In this document: one piece after another, positions 25,361 through 37,652 of the stretch
How the letters are laid out: every line of letters starts with the position of its first letter
Position numbering within the stretch: the stretch's first letter is position 1
DNA from: Rhina ancylostomus
Taxonomy: Eukaryota
Assembly: GCA_030265395.1 (NCBI GenBank)
Contig: JARFYF010000012.1
Coordinates: 20,032,621-20,096,620, forward strand
Direction of reading: 5' to 3'
DNA length: 64,000 bases
Program-made: the position numbers and the translations under genes
Notes under the pieces: model-generated
The model's input: the letters and a program-made list of their open reading frames with translations, nothing else
What the model was told of the DNA's origin: nothing
The model's database searches: none

Positions 25361-26366
25361 CATGCACCACCAGGCTCAAGGACAGCTTCTATCCCACTGT
25401 GTAAGACTCTTCACAGTGAAGGGTAGGGCCCTGGGGAGTGATGTAGAACAAATGTATCTTGAACTTCAAGCACATGGTTTCCTGAAAGTGGAGTCACAGG
25501 TAGACAGGGTGGTGAAGGAAGCTTTTGGCACGACGGCCTTCATCAGTGAAAGCATTGAGTATAAAAGTTGGGAAGTCATGAAGTGGTTGTACAAGATGCT
25601 GGTGAAGCTGCTCTTGGAGTATTATGTTCACTTTTGGTCACCCTGCTATAGGAAAGATTTTATTAAACTGGGAAGAGTGCAGAGGAGATTTATGAGCATG
25701 TTTCCAGGACTTGAGGGAGTGAGATATGAAGCGGGGTTGAAGATGCCAGGGCCTTATTCATTGGAGTGTAGGAGACTAACAGGTGTATAAAATCATGAGG
25801 GGCATAGACTTTTTCCCAGGGTTGGGGAATCAAGAACTAGAGGGCATATTTAAGGTGAGAGGGGAAAGGTTTAATAGCAACTTGAGGGGCAACTTTTTTT
25901 TTTACACAAAGCGTATTATGCATATGAAATGAGCCAGGGGAAGTGGTTGAGGCAGGTACAATAACAACTTTTAAAAGGCAGTTGGACAGGTACATGGATA
26001 GAAAAGAGTTAGAAAGTTATGAGCCAAATGCTGGCAAATGGGATTAGCTTGGATGGACATCTTGGTCAGCATGGACCAGTAGGGCCAAAGGGCCTGCTTC
26101 CATGCTGTACTACTCTTTGACACTTGAATGGACCTCTTGTACGGTACACTCTTAACCTTACAATCTACCTCATTGTGGCCCTTGCACCTTATCGTCTACC
26201 TGCAATGTATTTTCTCTGTACTGTAACTGTTACACTATATTCTGCATTCTGTTACTGCTTTTCCCTTTGTACTACCTTGATGTATTTGTGTCTTGAAATG
26301 ATCTGCATCATCTTCAAAACAAAGCTTTTCACTGTATAGCAGTACATGTGACAATAATAAACCAAT
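25361..26366 (+). mobile_element. Rex1 3' fragment (25361-25411 plus 26122-26366) split by a CR1 insertion
   Basis: ACCACCAGGCTCAAGGACAGCTTCTATCCCACTG..AAGACTCTT resumes as CTTGAATGGACCTCTTGTAC and ends AATAATAAACCAAT. Confidence 0.8.
25412..26120 (+). mobile_element. CR1 LINE 3' fragment
   Basis: TVKGRALGSDVEQ..KVESQVDRVVKEAFG..HFWSPCYRKDFIKLGRVQRRF; ends GGGCCAAAGGGCCTGCTTCCATGCTGTA. Confidence 0.92.
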
Positions 26367-27804
26367 TAAATCTCTTTTCAGGAGTGAAATAATGATAAAA
26401 AAAAGTCACAGATGTGTTAACTACATTGCTCCATAATTTTTTGGGATGTTGAGATCCCTTCTCTAAAAAACTCATCAACGTGAACCTGCCAATATTCAAA
26501 TAAGCCATGTGAGTGAATTTCCTGGATTCATGCATACACTGAGAAATTTGGGCTCAGGTATGATAGAAGTCAATGAAGTCAAGCCAACAATGTAATTTAT
26601 GACTTAGATTTGATTGTCATCATTTATCATATTGAAGTCTACTTCAACAGCTTTGATCATTCACTGTGTCCTTCTGTAACTTCTTGCTCCTGTTTCTAGA
26701 TTATTCTGCCTCTGATAGTATGGACACCTGGTACAGGGTTTTGCTTGCCTAAATTATTACTAGGTCTGGAGACCCAGTGGAGGGAGGAGGATCCCATTTT
26801 TTTATAATACCACCAGCCAGAGAACAGACCTTGAATTCCACTCTGTCTCCTACTACCAAACCTCTGATCTATTTGTAAGATGATACAGCTGTCATGAGAG
26901 TCAGCCCTTTGAAGGGATATAAGCACGTTATAAGCAGCAATCATCCTGCTGCTGGAAAGAGCTGTGGCTTCAAGATTGGGCACTGTAATCATGGGAGAAG
27001 GGAGCGAGAGGTTTCCAAGGACTCAGAAGGTCCTGGACAGACTAGTGGAAGTAAGTATCTGTAGAGACCATGTCTTTTGTGTAAAAGCGCTACAAAGTCT
27101 TCGTACGCCAGTAGTTTGGGGAAGGGTGCAATAGTGGGAAACCCTTATGTCCACTCTGTCCCAGGTGGGCTGAAGAAAACAAATGAAGTCTTCTCCCCTT
27201 GGGTTAGATGCTTGGGTGACCTCTTTAATGCAAACGTGAGCAGCAGACTGTGAGATGTGGCATAGCTTCTAGTATTTTGCTGCAGAAAAATAATATTCCA
27301 GCCTTTGGGCCTGTTTATTTTTAGATGTCAGTTAGAAGTTCTACTTACACTGTAAAAAGAAAAAAAAGAAAGATAGAGGGAGATTTTGGCAGATTTGGTG
27401 GGAGGAAGGGCCTGTTTCTGTGCTGTATCTCTATGACCATGACCTGGAATTTTCTGGCAGGGCATGATAGGACAAGTTGAAACAAAAATTTTGGTGTGCA
27501 ACCTTATGCTACAATTTCCTTGAGAACTAACGTGCACCAGAAAATAGCACTGCCATGGACCTCAGAGAATGCAGGACCAATATCAGTCCCCTGAAGCCTC
27601 AGAAGACAGCATTACTGAAAGCTTAGAATGACTGTCTCCCACCACCGCCTTTCATCCAGGGAGCCTCTGTCTCTCCTTCCCCCAATGATGAATAAAGGGG
27701 GAGTGCCCAAAGTATTAGGTGTTATGTTTATCAGACAACTGATTGAAAGGTGGGGATTCCTAAAAGCATCAGTATCAGATACTCACAAGAAGTTTTGAAG
27801 AATG

Positions 27805-28180
27805 TGGGGTGACCTTATTGAAACATAGAAGTTCCTAAGAGGGATGTCAAGATGTTTCTTCTTGTGGAGGAATCTCAAATAAGGGAACATAGATAGAAGA
27901 TAAGAGGGCAGTCATTTAAAACAGAGGTGATGGGAACAACTTAAAAGAGGGTAGTGAATCTCCAGATTTTCCTATTCCATTGTGGAAGCTGGATCATTGG
28001 GAATGTTTAAAGAGGAAGCAAGAAAACTTTTAAAAGGTCAGGGAATTGAGGGCTGTGGGCAACTGGTACAGAGGAGTAGGTGAGGCCTGGGGCTGATCAG
28101 CCATGATTGTATTGAATGGTGGGGTAGATTTGAGGGACCGAGTGGCCTACTCCTACTCCGATTTTCTTATGTTCTTATGT
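27805..28180 (+). mobile_element. CR1 LINE 3' end
   Basis: GGGGTGACCTTATTGAAACATA...GGCCTACTCCTACTCC..TTCTTATGTTCTTATG tail. Confidence 0.75.
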
Positions 28181-28800
28181 AAGAACTGTTAGAACAGTAG
28201 ATGGCAACAAATGGGATGAAAAAAAACAAAAGATGAAAATATATTGCTAAATTATGGCCTAGAAATTCCTTCTTACATTGTTGAAAAGAAAGCGCTGTGC
28301 AATTGAAACTAGGCTGAAGCTGGTGCAGACGATATTCCCCACCTCTTAGCCTCTTCATGCCCAGTGGGGAATTTGATCCTTGGTTTTCTTTTGCATGAGA
28401 AGCATCTTTCTGGCTTAAAGCTTCCCCAAATAATTCACCATTGGGAAATAGTCAACTCCAGAGTGACTTTCAAACTCACTGGTCTGAAGAGTGACAGATT
28501 AGTGATGGAACAACCAGATTTTACCTACCTTGTGTCCCCTGAAACAGTGCAACAGGCCAACACTCACACTGTGTTCTTTACTAGGCAGTTCTCCAGCACA
28601 CTGCATCCTCACTGCCCACACTCAACACTGGGCCTTCCTTGCATTGTCAATGACTTTCCTTTACTCCAAGAAGACTTTCAATGGGGATTTATCTGCACCG
28701 AACAGTTCTCTTGATAGCGGGTGTGAAGATGGACCATGAGCATCAGAGCCACACAAGCAGTCAAGAAGACCACGTGAGAGGAGGTTTAAAAAGGCTTATC

Positions 28801-28872
28801 AGGTACAGTAGTGTAGTGGTTAGCGTAACGCTTTAAAGTGCCAGCGACCCGGGTTCAATTCTGGCCACTGTC
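28801..28872 (+). mobile_element. V-SINE tRNA-like head, truncated by a gap
   Basis: GTAGTGTAGTGGTTAGCGTAACGC..CCCGGGTTCAATTCTGGCC (A/B boxes), the same head as 11900-12195. Confidence 0.75.
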
Positions 28873-28972
28873 NNNNNNNNNNNNNNNNNNNNNNNNNNNN
28901 NNNNNNNNNNNNNNNNNNNNNNNNNNNNNNNNNNNNNNNNNNNNNNNNNNNNNNNNNNNNNNNNNNNNNNNN

Positions 28973-30760
28973 TTGCTCCAGGGAAAACAGTCCCAGCCAA
29001 TCCAGTCTCTCCTCATAATTCAAGCTTACCAGTCCTGGCAACTGTGAATCTTGTCTGCACTCTCTTTAGCTTCTTCACATCCTTCCTATAGTATGGTGAC
29101 CAGAACCGCACACAATATTTTAGGTTCGGCCTCACCAAAGTCCTATACAGCTGCAACATGGCATTCCATCTGTTGTACTCAAATGCCCTCACCAATAAAG
29201 GCAAGCATGCCAAACATCTTCTTCACCACTTTCTCTACCCATGTCACCAGTTTCAGGGAACTGTGTGTTTGTACACCTTGGTCTCTCTGTTCTGCAACAT
29301 TCTCCAGGGCCATGTCATTTACTGTGTAAGTCCTGCCCTGGTTTAACTTACAAAAATGCATCACTTCATACTTGCCTGAGTTAAATTCCATCTGCCATTC
29401 CTTTGCCCACTTTCCCAGTTGATCTAGATCCTGCTGTAACTTTAGAAAACCTTTCTCACTGTCCACCATACCACAATTTTTGGTGTTGCCTGCAAACTTA
29501 CTGATCATGCCACCTACATTCTCATCCGGATCATTAAAATATATGAAACAAACAGCAGGGGACCCAGNNNNNNNNNNNNNNNNNNNNNNNNNNNNNNNNN
29601 NNNNNNNNNNNNNNNNNNNNNNNNNNNNNNNNNNNNNNNNNNNNNNNNNNNNNNNNNNNNNNNNNNNNNNNNNNNNNNNNNNNNNNNNNNNNNNNNNNNN
29701 NNNNNNNNNNNNNNNNNNNNNNNNNNNNNNNNNNNNNNNNNNNNNNNNNNNNNNNNNNNNNNNNNNNNNNNNNNNNNNNNNNNNNNNNNNNNNNNNNNNN
29801 NNNNNNNNNNNNNNNNNNNNNNNNNNNNNNNNNNNNNNNNNNNNNNNNNNNNNNNNNNNNNNNNNNNNNNNNNNNNNNNNNNNNNNNNNNNNNNNNNNNN
29901 NNNNNNNNNNNNNNNNNNNNNNNNNNNNNNNNNNNNNNNNNNNNNNNNNNNNNNNNNNNNNNNNNNNNNNNNNNNNNNNNNNNNNNNNNNNNNNNNNNNN
30001 NNNNNNNNNNNNNNNNNNNNNNNNNNNNNNNNNNNNNNNNNNNNNNNNNNNNNNNNNNNNNNNNNNNNNNNNNNNNNNNNNNNNNNNNNNNNNNNNNNNN
30101 NNNNNNNNNNNNNNNNNNNNNNNNNNNNNNNNNNNNNNNNNNNNNNNNNNNNNNNNNNNNNNNNNNNNNNNNNNNNNNNNNNNNNNNNNNNNNNNNNNNN
30201 NNNNNNNNNNNNNNNNNNNNNNNNNNNNNNNNNNNNNNNNATCTGAAAAACAAATACCACTACCACACTCTGTCTACTTTGTATCCAAGTGTCTAGCTCA
30301 CCCTGGATCGCATGTGATATCACCTTCTGGACCAATCGACCATGCAGAACCTTGTCAAAAGCCTTGCTAAAGTCTACGTAGACAACATCTATAGCGTACT
30401 CTTCTCAATCCTCTTGGTCATCTCTTCAAAAAACTCAATTAAATTTGTGAAAAACAATTCCCCAGACACAAAGTCATGCTGACCATCATTAATCAGTCCT
30501 TGCTTTTCTAAATGCAGATAGATCCTGTCCTTCAGAATCCCCTCCAGTAACTTTCCTACCCTTGATATTAGACTCACTGGCCTGTAGTTCCCTGGCTTGT
30601 CCTTGCAGCCCTATTTAAATAAAGGCACAACGTTAATCTCTTTCCAGTCTTCCAGCACCTCACCCATGGCTAAGGAAGATACAAAAATCTCTCCAAGGGA
30701 CCCAGCAATTTCTTCCCTTGTTTCCCACAATGTCCTAGAGTACACATGATCAGGACCTGA
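28973..30760 (-). mobile_element. CR1 LINE ORF2 fragment spanning a gap
   Basis: VGKLLEGILKDRIYLHL, TNLIEFFEE, ISKFAGNTK, WQMEFNSGKYEVMHF, RPNLKYCVRFWSP. Confidence 0.92.
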
Positions 30761-32779
30761 TTATGCTCCCATTAGATCTAACCTAAAATAGCAATCAGGA
30801 TTTTATGCATGTAGACATAAGGAGTGAAACATGTAAGACCATCCACTGACCAGTGAGTGTCTCCTGTAATGGTGGCAATGATCATCACATCATCTGTAAT
30901 CATTAACAGAGCAATAATTCCACTAGTTTCATTTTGAGGATGTTACCACAGGCTATCATTGATTTCAGCAAAGTAGAATTCAGAAACACAATCCAAACTC
31001 AGAAACAACTATTTTTCAGCCATCTCTGACCAATATTAGTGTGTAGTTTTTGTAAGCCATAGATAAAGGGGCAATATATTTCAATAATGTTCTACCTGTT
31101 ATCAATTTTGTGCAATTATTCTGATTCAATCACAGGACTGTAGTTTACATTATGGGCAAAGAGCAGCAGATATATGACAAAGGATTGCTTGATGTGTGAA
31201 CATTAAAACTGTGCAGAAATCATTAAATAGTGGTGTTATATCACTGGGAAAATTATTTTTATTTTATTACAGAATGAAATAGAGCCCCAGTTTCTAAAGG
31301 GAGAATGTGGGGGTGGAGAGGAGGTGGGATGGTGGTTTGTCGTACTCTGAAAATACAGATAAGCACACGACATTTGAAAATTTTCTCTGTTCCTGATGGG
31401 AAGTAGAATATAGAACAGGTGTGTCAGGATACTTATAACACAAAGGTGTGAAAAGCAGTATTTAAGCCAATCTTTCTAATTAGATGGTAAAGTACCACTT
31501 TCAAAAATAAGTGTACACAAATACTACATTAATAAGACTGCATGAATGAAGTCATAATGATTAGTGAGATTGTATTCAAAATGGAGATGGTCACACAAAC
31601 TATCACGTTACTATAATAAATCATATTTATTTTTTCGTATCAGGGAAAAAGTCAATGGGGAAAAATCTTATGGTCTAATGTTTTTCTTTGGCTGTTTTTT
31701 GACAGGTCTCAGCTTTAATGAATGATTTAGATGGGCAAGAGAAGAAATGGGTAGAACTTTAAAGACAGTTCTTCTTTGGCAATCCCTTAGAATGGTGTGC
31801 CTCAAAATTCCTGCTCTAGGTATTCCATAGCTCTGAAGCACATTTTAAGAGCAGGGATCACTGCTACCTGGTAGACTGAGNNNNNNNNNNNNNNNNNNNN
31901 NNNNNNNNNNNNAATACAGATTTCCTCAATCGACCAAAAGCTGTGCTGGCGCATTGAAGGCAGTGGTGAATTTCATCATCGCTGTCTGCTCTTACCTAGA
32001 GGTGACTCCTAAGGTACAGAAAATGGCCCACATTTTCCAGAGTCTTGTCATGAACCTTTGCTGTAAGAGGGCAGGGTGGTGCAGTGGGGGCAGGTTGGTA
32101 GAAGACTTTGGTCTCGTCAATGTTGAGTTGTAAGGCCCTTCCTCTCATATGCTTTGGTGGAGGAGCTCAGCCTCCGAGTGTGCACAAATACAAGCACAGT
32201 CTACATACTGCAGCTTGACTATTGAGGCAAATTAAGCATTTGCAGCCAGTGGTAAATTAACAGTAGCTTTCCCTGATTCAAATAAAGTTGCCCATTTGGA
32301 ATTTACAATCCCTGTGGCATGGATCTCTCTGTTATCTATGTTGATGACTTGCAAGTGTCTCTGCTGTAGGCTAGGAGGTGAAGATAGGGATGGTAAACTA
32401 TTGTGCATTAGGGGATCTGTGGCAGCCAGCAGTGATGTGGTCACCAAGCTGACATGCAGACATCCATTGAATTCTCACAGAGGGCAAACATACAACTTTT
32501 AATAATCTTCTAAAACGTTTTGCAGAGCACTAAGTAAAGAATGGAGTATACACATAAAAGTTGAATATGAAATATCAAAATAAATCTCTTAAATATAAAA
32601 ATTATTACCTAGAAATTCAATTGTAAAATGCTGCTTTTCTCAATGTTATGCAAATGAAAATTATTGCTTTATCAATGTGAAACAGGGTAAAAACTATGTC
32701 TGGATTTGTTTGTTTTGTTTTGGAAATTTGACCAGGCACATCTGGGGAGTCTCCTGTGCCCCTATCAGTGGCACACAGG

Positions 32780-33725
32780 ATGATGTCATTCCTCATGCAG
32801 CACTCCCAATGGATCATCGTGGGGGTCCCGGATTTTATTCTCCCTATATTCCCATCAACTCCCCTCAGATTCTACCACTCCTCAGCTTGCACTCCACTAG
32901 CTTCTACATTCAACAGATCACCCTCTGTTCTTCCCTTCACCTTTGAAGGGATTCCACCATCAGATACACCTTTCCCTCTGCACCCTGTTCAACTCCAAAG
33001 GGACCATTCACTCCCAATTCCCTGGTTCATTCTTCCAGTTCGAAGAACCACTCCCCTTGTCATTGCAGCTTCCCAGGCAACTGCGGGAGATCTACTTGTC
33101 CATTCACCTCTTTCCTTACCACCAGTCAGGAACCCAAACAGACCTTTCAGGCACTCGGTCTGTAACAGCAACCATGAGCATCCAGTTGCCAGTCTCTTTA
33201 ATTCTTCCACTCACTTTGGTATTTTTGGCTTACTTTATTCCAATGATGCCCAAGCTAAGTTCGAGGGATAGCTCCTCATCTTCTGTCTTGCGTGCTACTG
33301 CTGTGATGTTGAATTCAACAACTTCAGGTAGTCAGCTTTTCTTTCTCTCCACAGCTATTCATATTTCATTTTCAACTTGTGCCTTTCTTTCTCTTGTCTT
33401 GTCTTTAACTGCTGGAATTTAAAGTAATGGTTACCTTGACAACATTGGCCTGGATCCTATCACAGACCAAACCTGAGGTATGCCTGTAGCTTCTCCTTCC
33501 CGTTTCCTTAGTACCTTTTGATGTGCAAATATCAAAGATGGCCTCTTCCAAGGGAAAAGGGACCTTATAAAATGAGGCTGCTCGCTCCTTTCCATTAAAA
33601 TGTGCTCTTTTCTCACTTTTCCGGTTCTAATCAAGGGTCACTGCCTTAAACTTTGTCTTTTTTCCCCCCTCTCTCCATGGATTTGGTCTGACCTGCTAAG
33701 TTCTTCCAGCATTTTGTGTTTCCAG
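32780..33725 (+). mobile_element. Penelope-like element remnant (RT C-terminus, GIY-YIG region, 3' pLTR)
   Basis: TCPFTSFLTTSQEPKQTFQ, HPVASLFNSSTH..GLLYSNDAQAKFEG*LLIF and VEFNNFR match the Penelope/Neptune endonuclease region; pLTR motif at 33640-33725. Confidence 0.7.
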
Positions 33726-34445
33726 AGTTACAGAATCAATTGTCTTATGAGGATAGGTTGAGTGAGCTGTGTCACAATGTTGAGCAAACTCAGAGAACCC
33801 AAATGCAGCACACCAATACAAGACTGGAGTCAGGATACTTCCTCNNNNNNNNNNNNNNNNNNNNNNNNNNNNNNNNNNNNNNNNNNNNNNNNNNNNNNNN
33901 NNNNNNNNNNNNNNNNNNNNNNNNNNNNNNNNNNNNNNNNNNNNNNNNNNNNNNNNNNNNNNNNNNNNNNNNNNNNNNNNNNNNNNNNNNNNNNNNNNNN
34001 NNNNNNNNNNNNNNNNNNNNNNNNNNNNNNNNNNNNNNNNNNNNNNNNNNNNNNNNNNNNNNNNNNNNNNNNNNNNNNNNNNNNGGAAGGGTTAGATAGA
34101 TCTTAGAGCAGGATAAAATGTTGGCACAACATTGTGGGCCAAAGGGCCAGTCCTGTGCTGTAATGTTCTATGTTCAATACAACACAGAAGGAGCCCTCTC
34201 AGCCTACCATGTTCATGCCAACCATCGAGTTGTAACTTAAACTAATCCCATTATCCAGCATTTGGCCCTTAGTTTGCAATGTCTTGGTGATTCAAGAGTC
34301 CATCCAAATACTTCACAAATGTCATGGGAATCTCTCCCTCAGGCAATGTTCTAGATTACAACTATGCTCTGGGTGAAAAAATTCCTCCATGGATCCCCTC
34401 CCAACTTCTTACTCTTTACGCTCTCTAGTTTTATACACCCCATCT
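33726..34445. mobile_element. Tail-to-tail CR1 3' ends (plus 33726-34155 across a gap; minus 34156-34445)
   Basis: LSYEDRLSEL; GGGCCAAAGGGCCAGTCCTGTGCTGTAATGTTCTATGTTC, then an inverted CR1 tail AATACAACACAGAAGGAGCCCTCTCAGCC. Confidence 0.65.
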
Positions 34446-35403
34446 ATTGTTTTAGGTTTTCAGCATCTGCAGTTTGTTAGCTTTAATGACAATGCTGGGA
34501 GTACAAGATAGGAAATTTAGTTCAACAAAATGATGCAACACTTCCGATAAAACCAAGCTCAAATTACTTCCGGAATGACCAGTTGACTGTGCATTTCCAG
34601 CAGAGTTCCCTTTGATTATTCTGTCTTCTCAATACATAGATACTTTCTTTGCACAGTTTGGTTTCAGAAGTGGAAGCAAGGGTTCATTTGTTTGCATTAG
34701 ATTAAATGCAACTATCTTAATGGCGTGGCTGGCAAAGCTTGAATCAACTTAAGTTTTGTTTTTATAACATCTGTGGACAGATATGTCAGATTAAATTGTA
34801 GCCTGTTTTGTTAGTGAAAAATTTCAAGCAGAAATACAATTGCACTTCTATTCATAGGACAACAGAATGATAAAGTAACTTTGTAAAACAAATGCTGAGG
34901 GAACAAAGGGAAGAGATACTTATTTAAATAAATTGCTTCCAGCTGAAATCATACAAATATTATTGTACCTGTTGACTATGTGATGGAGTGTGTTACTCAC
35001 AGTATTTTAGTTTGAATTGTTGCAGTTGTATTAACCTGGTGCCATTAAAATTGCAATAGTATCAGAAAATGCTGGAAACACTCAGTAAACCCTGGATCTC
35101 AATTATTAATTTTGCTTCCCTTTTCATTGATGCTGCCTAACCTACCAACAGAATTTGCAGAGAGTGGTAAACACGGCTCTATCCATCAGAGGCTCATCAC
35201 TTCCTCAAATCCAGTCCATCTTCACAGTGTGCTGCTTCAGGAAGGCTAACAGTATCACTGAGGATGCTTGCCATCCTAGCCATTCCCTTTTCCCTCTTCT
35301 GCCTTCTGGGAAAAGTTACAGGAGCCTGAAAGCCCAGACGTCCGGTAAGAACAGCTTCCTCCCCACTGCCATCAGACTTCTGAACCAATCATCTCTTTCA
35401 CAT

Positions 35404-35946
35404 TGTGAGCAAAAAATAATCTGCTAGAGGAACTCAGCAGGTTGGGTAGCATATGTGGGAGGACAGGAATTGTTGACATTTCGGAACGAAACCCTGCATC
35501 AGGACCTGCCCGGCTAAACTTGATCAACTTCTGAACAACCAAAGATATAGCCATGGGCACCCGCATGGACCCCAGGTATGCCTGTCCTGCTGTTGGCTCT
35601 GTGAAACAGTCCCTGCTCCAAAACTTCTTTGGTACCACTCCCCGACTTTCTCCGTTATATTAATGACTGCATTAGTGCTGCTTCCTGCACCCGTGCAGAA
35701 CTCATCAAGTTTATCATCTTCACCTCTAACTTCCACCTTGCTCTCAAATTCAGGTGGGCAATTTCTGACTCCTCTCCCTTTTCTAGATCTGTGTCCACCT
35801 CAGGTGACAAAAAAGGTCCTGATGCAGGGTTTCGACCTGAAACGTTGACAATTCCTTTCCTCCCACAGCTGCTGCTCGACCCGCTGAGTTCCTCCAGCAG
35901 ATTGTTTGTTGCTCCAGATTCCAGCATCTACAGTCTCTTGCATCTC
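35404..35946 (+). mobile_element. Penelope-like element: RT core fragment between inverted pLTR arms, with TSD
   Basis: AMGTRMDPRYAC and FLRYINDCISAASCTRAEL..SNFHLALKF (YIDD region). Inverted arms at 35410-35507 and 35814-35946. Flanked by CATCTCTTTCACAT and CACCTCTTTCACAT. Confidence 0.88.
35816..35849 (+). ncRNA. Minimal type I hammerhead-ribozyme-like motif in the pLTR
   Basis: GUC-CUGAUGCA-GGGU(UUCG)ACCU-GAAAC-GUU-GAC: core, helix II, palindromic helix III and short helix I. Confidence 0.55.
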
Positions 35947-37314
35947 CACCTCTTTCACATCCCCTTCTCGGTGCTGCTACCATGTTCTTGGATTCTTAAT
36001 TCTACCTCTCTCAGTTATCCTGTTATTGTCACTTTAGCATTTCTTTCTGCACTTCTTCAGATTACACTTTGCATCATTCTGCTGTTTTATACAACAATAA
36101 ATATTGTATTTATTTTTAGCATGTATACTGTTTACTGTGTGAGCTTTATGCGGGCAAGGAATTTCATTACACTCTGGTGCACAAGACAATAAACTAATCT
36201 GACCTGAATGTTTCCAGTATTTTCTGGTTTTATTTCAGTTTATCTGGTTTTGATCTTCCATTAAAATTGCAGATAATCATGAAAATGCCAATGCCAGTGA
36301 AACTGAAGAAAAGCAAGGTATGAACAATACTAGCCCTGAGCTTGGGATATGCCTGTGGATTCTCCTTCTCCTCTTTGATGTGCATTTATCAAAGATGGCC
36401 CTTTCCAAGGGAATAAGGATCTTTAAACTGAAGCCTTTTCTCTAATTTTGGTCTCTTTCTTTATGTGCTGAGGGAGGAGAAGAAACTGACCAATCTTGAT
36501 TCTGAAGAAGTACATGCAAACACTATTGGAGGTATGTGTCCATGTGCCTGCAGGTGCCATACATTGTAAAGCTAGGTGGTGTATAATAATTTGATGGAGT
36601 ATGTAGACATTTCAAGGCTTTCCCTTATGTTTCAGTTTGAATGTATGTCCTACTGGAGTATCAGAAGCTTGAAATGCTATGAAAGTGCATTTCTGTTTTG
36701 CTTTAATGACTAAGCAGTAACTAGACGGAGAGCACTTTGCAGCAGGCAGTCTTGAGGCATCAGCTTTACATATGAAACTGCTGAGTACTGACTGCTTTTC
36801 TCAACAAATGTAGTTTTCTTCTGCATTTGTTCTTGGGGTCTGCACACACCAGCTGTAAGATCTTGCCATTAAACAGAGCTGTTTTTTTGAGGGAAGTATC
36901 ACTGGAGCGCTAATCCCACCACCTTCATTTTTAGGCTACAATGCTGTGTTGCTGCAACCATTTATTCAGACTCCATTTTTTTGCTTCCTTCCTGAATTTA
37001 TAATCCTCTAATTATTTGCATGCAATGCCCACTCCTCACCACCCCATCCCCGCATCCAATCAAATGCCAGTATATTAGGTTCATAAAAAACAGATGGATT
37101 GAATGCAGACTAATAAGCCTTAAACATGGTACTCTACGCAAAAATGTCTATTGGTAGAAAAGCATTACAGTGTGATTATTAACCATTTATTTAAAATATC
37201 CAGCTGATATTAAGATACTATCAAGGATACTAGCAAGGTGAAAACCATTTTATTAAAAATTGGCTAGCTCCAACCTCCATACCTAAATCATATCACCCTC
37301 ATGGAATCATAAAG

Positions 37315-37652
37315 AAGACACAGCAGGTAGTGCTGCTGCCTCACAGTTCCAGGGATCCAGGTTTGATCATGGCCTTGGGTGCAATCTGTGTGGAATTTGT
37401 ACCTTCACCCTGTGATTATGTGGGTTTCCTCCAGGTGCTCTGATTTCTTAACACATCCCATAGATGTACTGCTAGGTTAATTGACTACTGTAAATTACCC
37501 CTTAAGAATGGGTTAATGGCAAATGAATCAAGCAGGAGTTAATGGGCATGTATGGCAGAGAGCAAAGTGAGGGGGAATGCAACTAATGGGATTGGTGCCT
37601 GGGAGCCAATGTGGACCTGTTGAGCCAGATGGCCTCTTTCTGTGTCATTATA
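37315..37652 (+). mobile_element. V-SINE (HE1-like)
   Basis: GGTAGTGCTGCTGCCTCACAG..CCAGGTTTGATC head, TGTGGGTTTCCTCCAGGTGCTC core, CR1-like tail GCCAGATGGCCTCTTTCTGTG. Confidence 0.8.

Larger units (their letters stand above)
35146..36207 (+). mobile_element. Rex1/Babar 3' fragment split by a Penelope insertion
   Basis: LQRVVNTALSI..HPSHSLFPLLPSGKSYRSL..NSFLPTAIRLLN; the 3' UTR resumes at 35947 and ends AATAAACTAATCTGA. An uninterrupted homolog lies at 61650-61981. Confidence 0.88.

Noticed and set aside
26889-27050. Plus-strand candidate exon ending GAA|GTAAGT
   Set aside because: Weak acceptor, no partner exons, and it overlaps a probable Harbinger Myb-like fossil.
28801-28872. Possible tRNA gene
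   Set aside because: The A/B boxes belong to a V-SINE head matching other SINE copies; there is no full cloverleaf.
29480-30370. Long ORFs (296, 273 and 239 aa) and similar X-rich ORFs at 7.2, 11.6, 33.8, 55.6, 56.4 and 59.9 kb
   Set aside because: Their length comes from N runs that lack stop codons.
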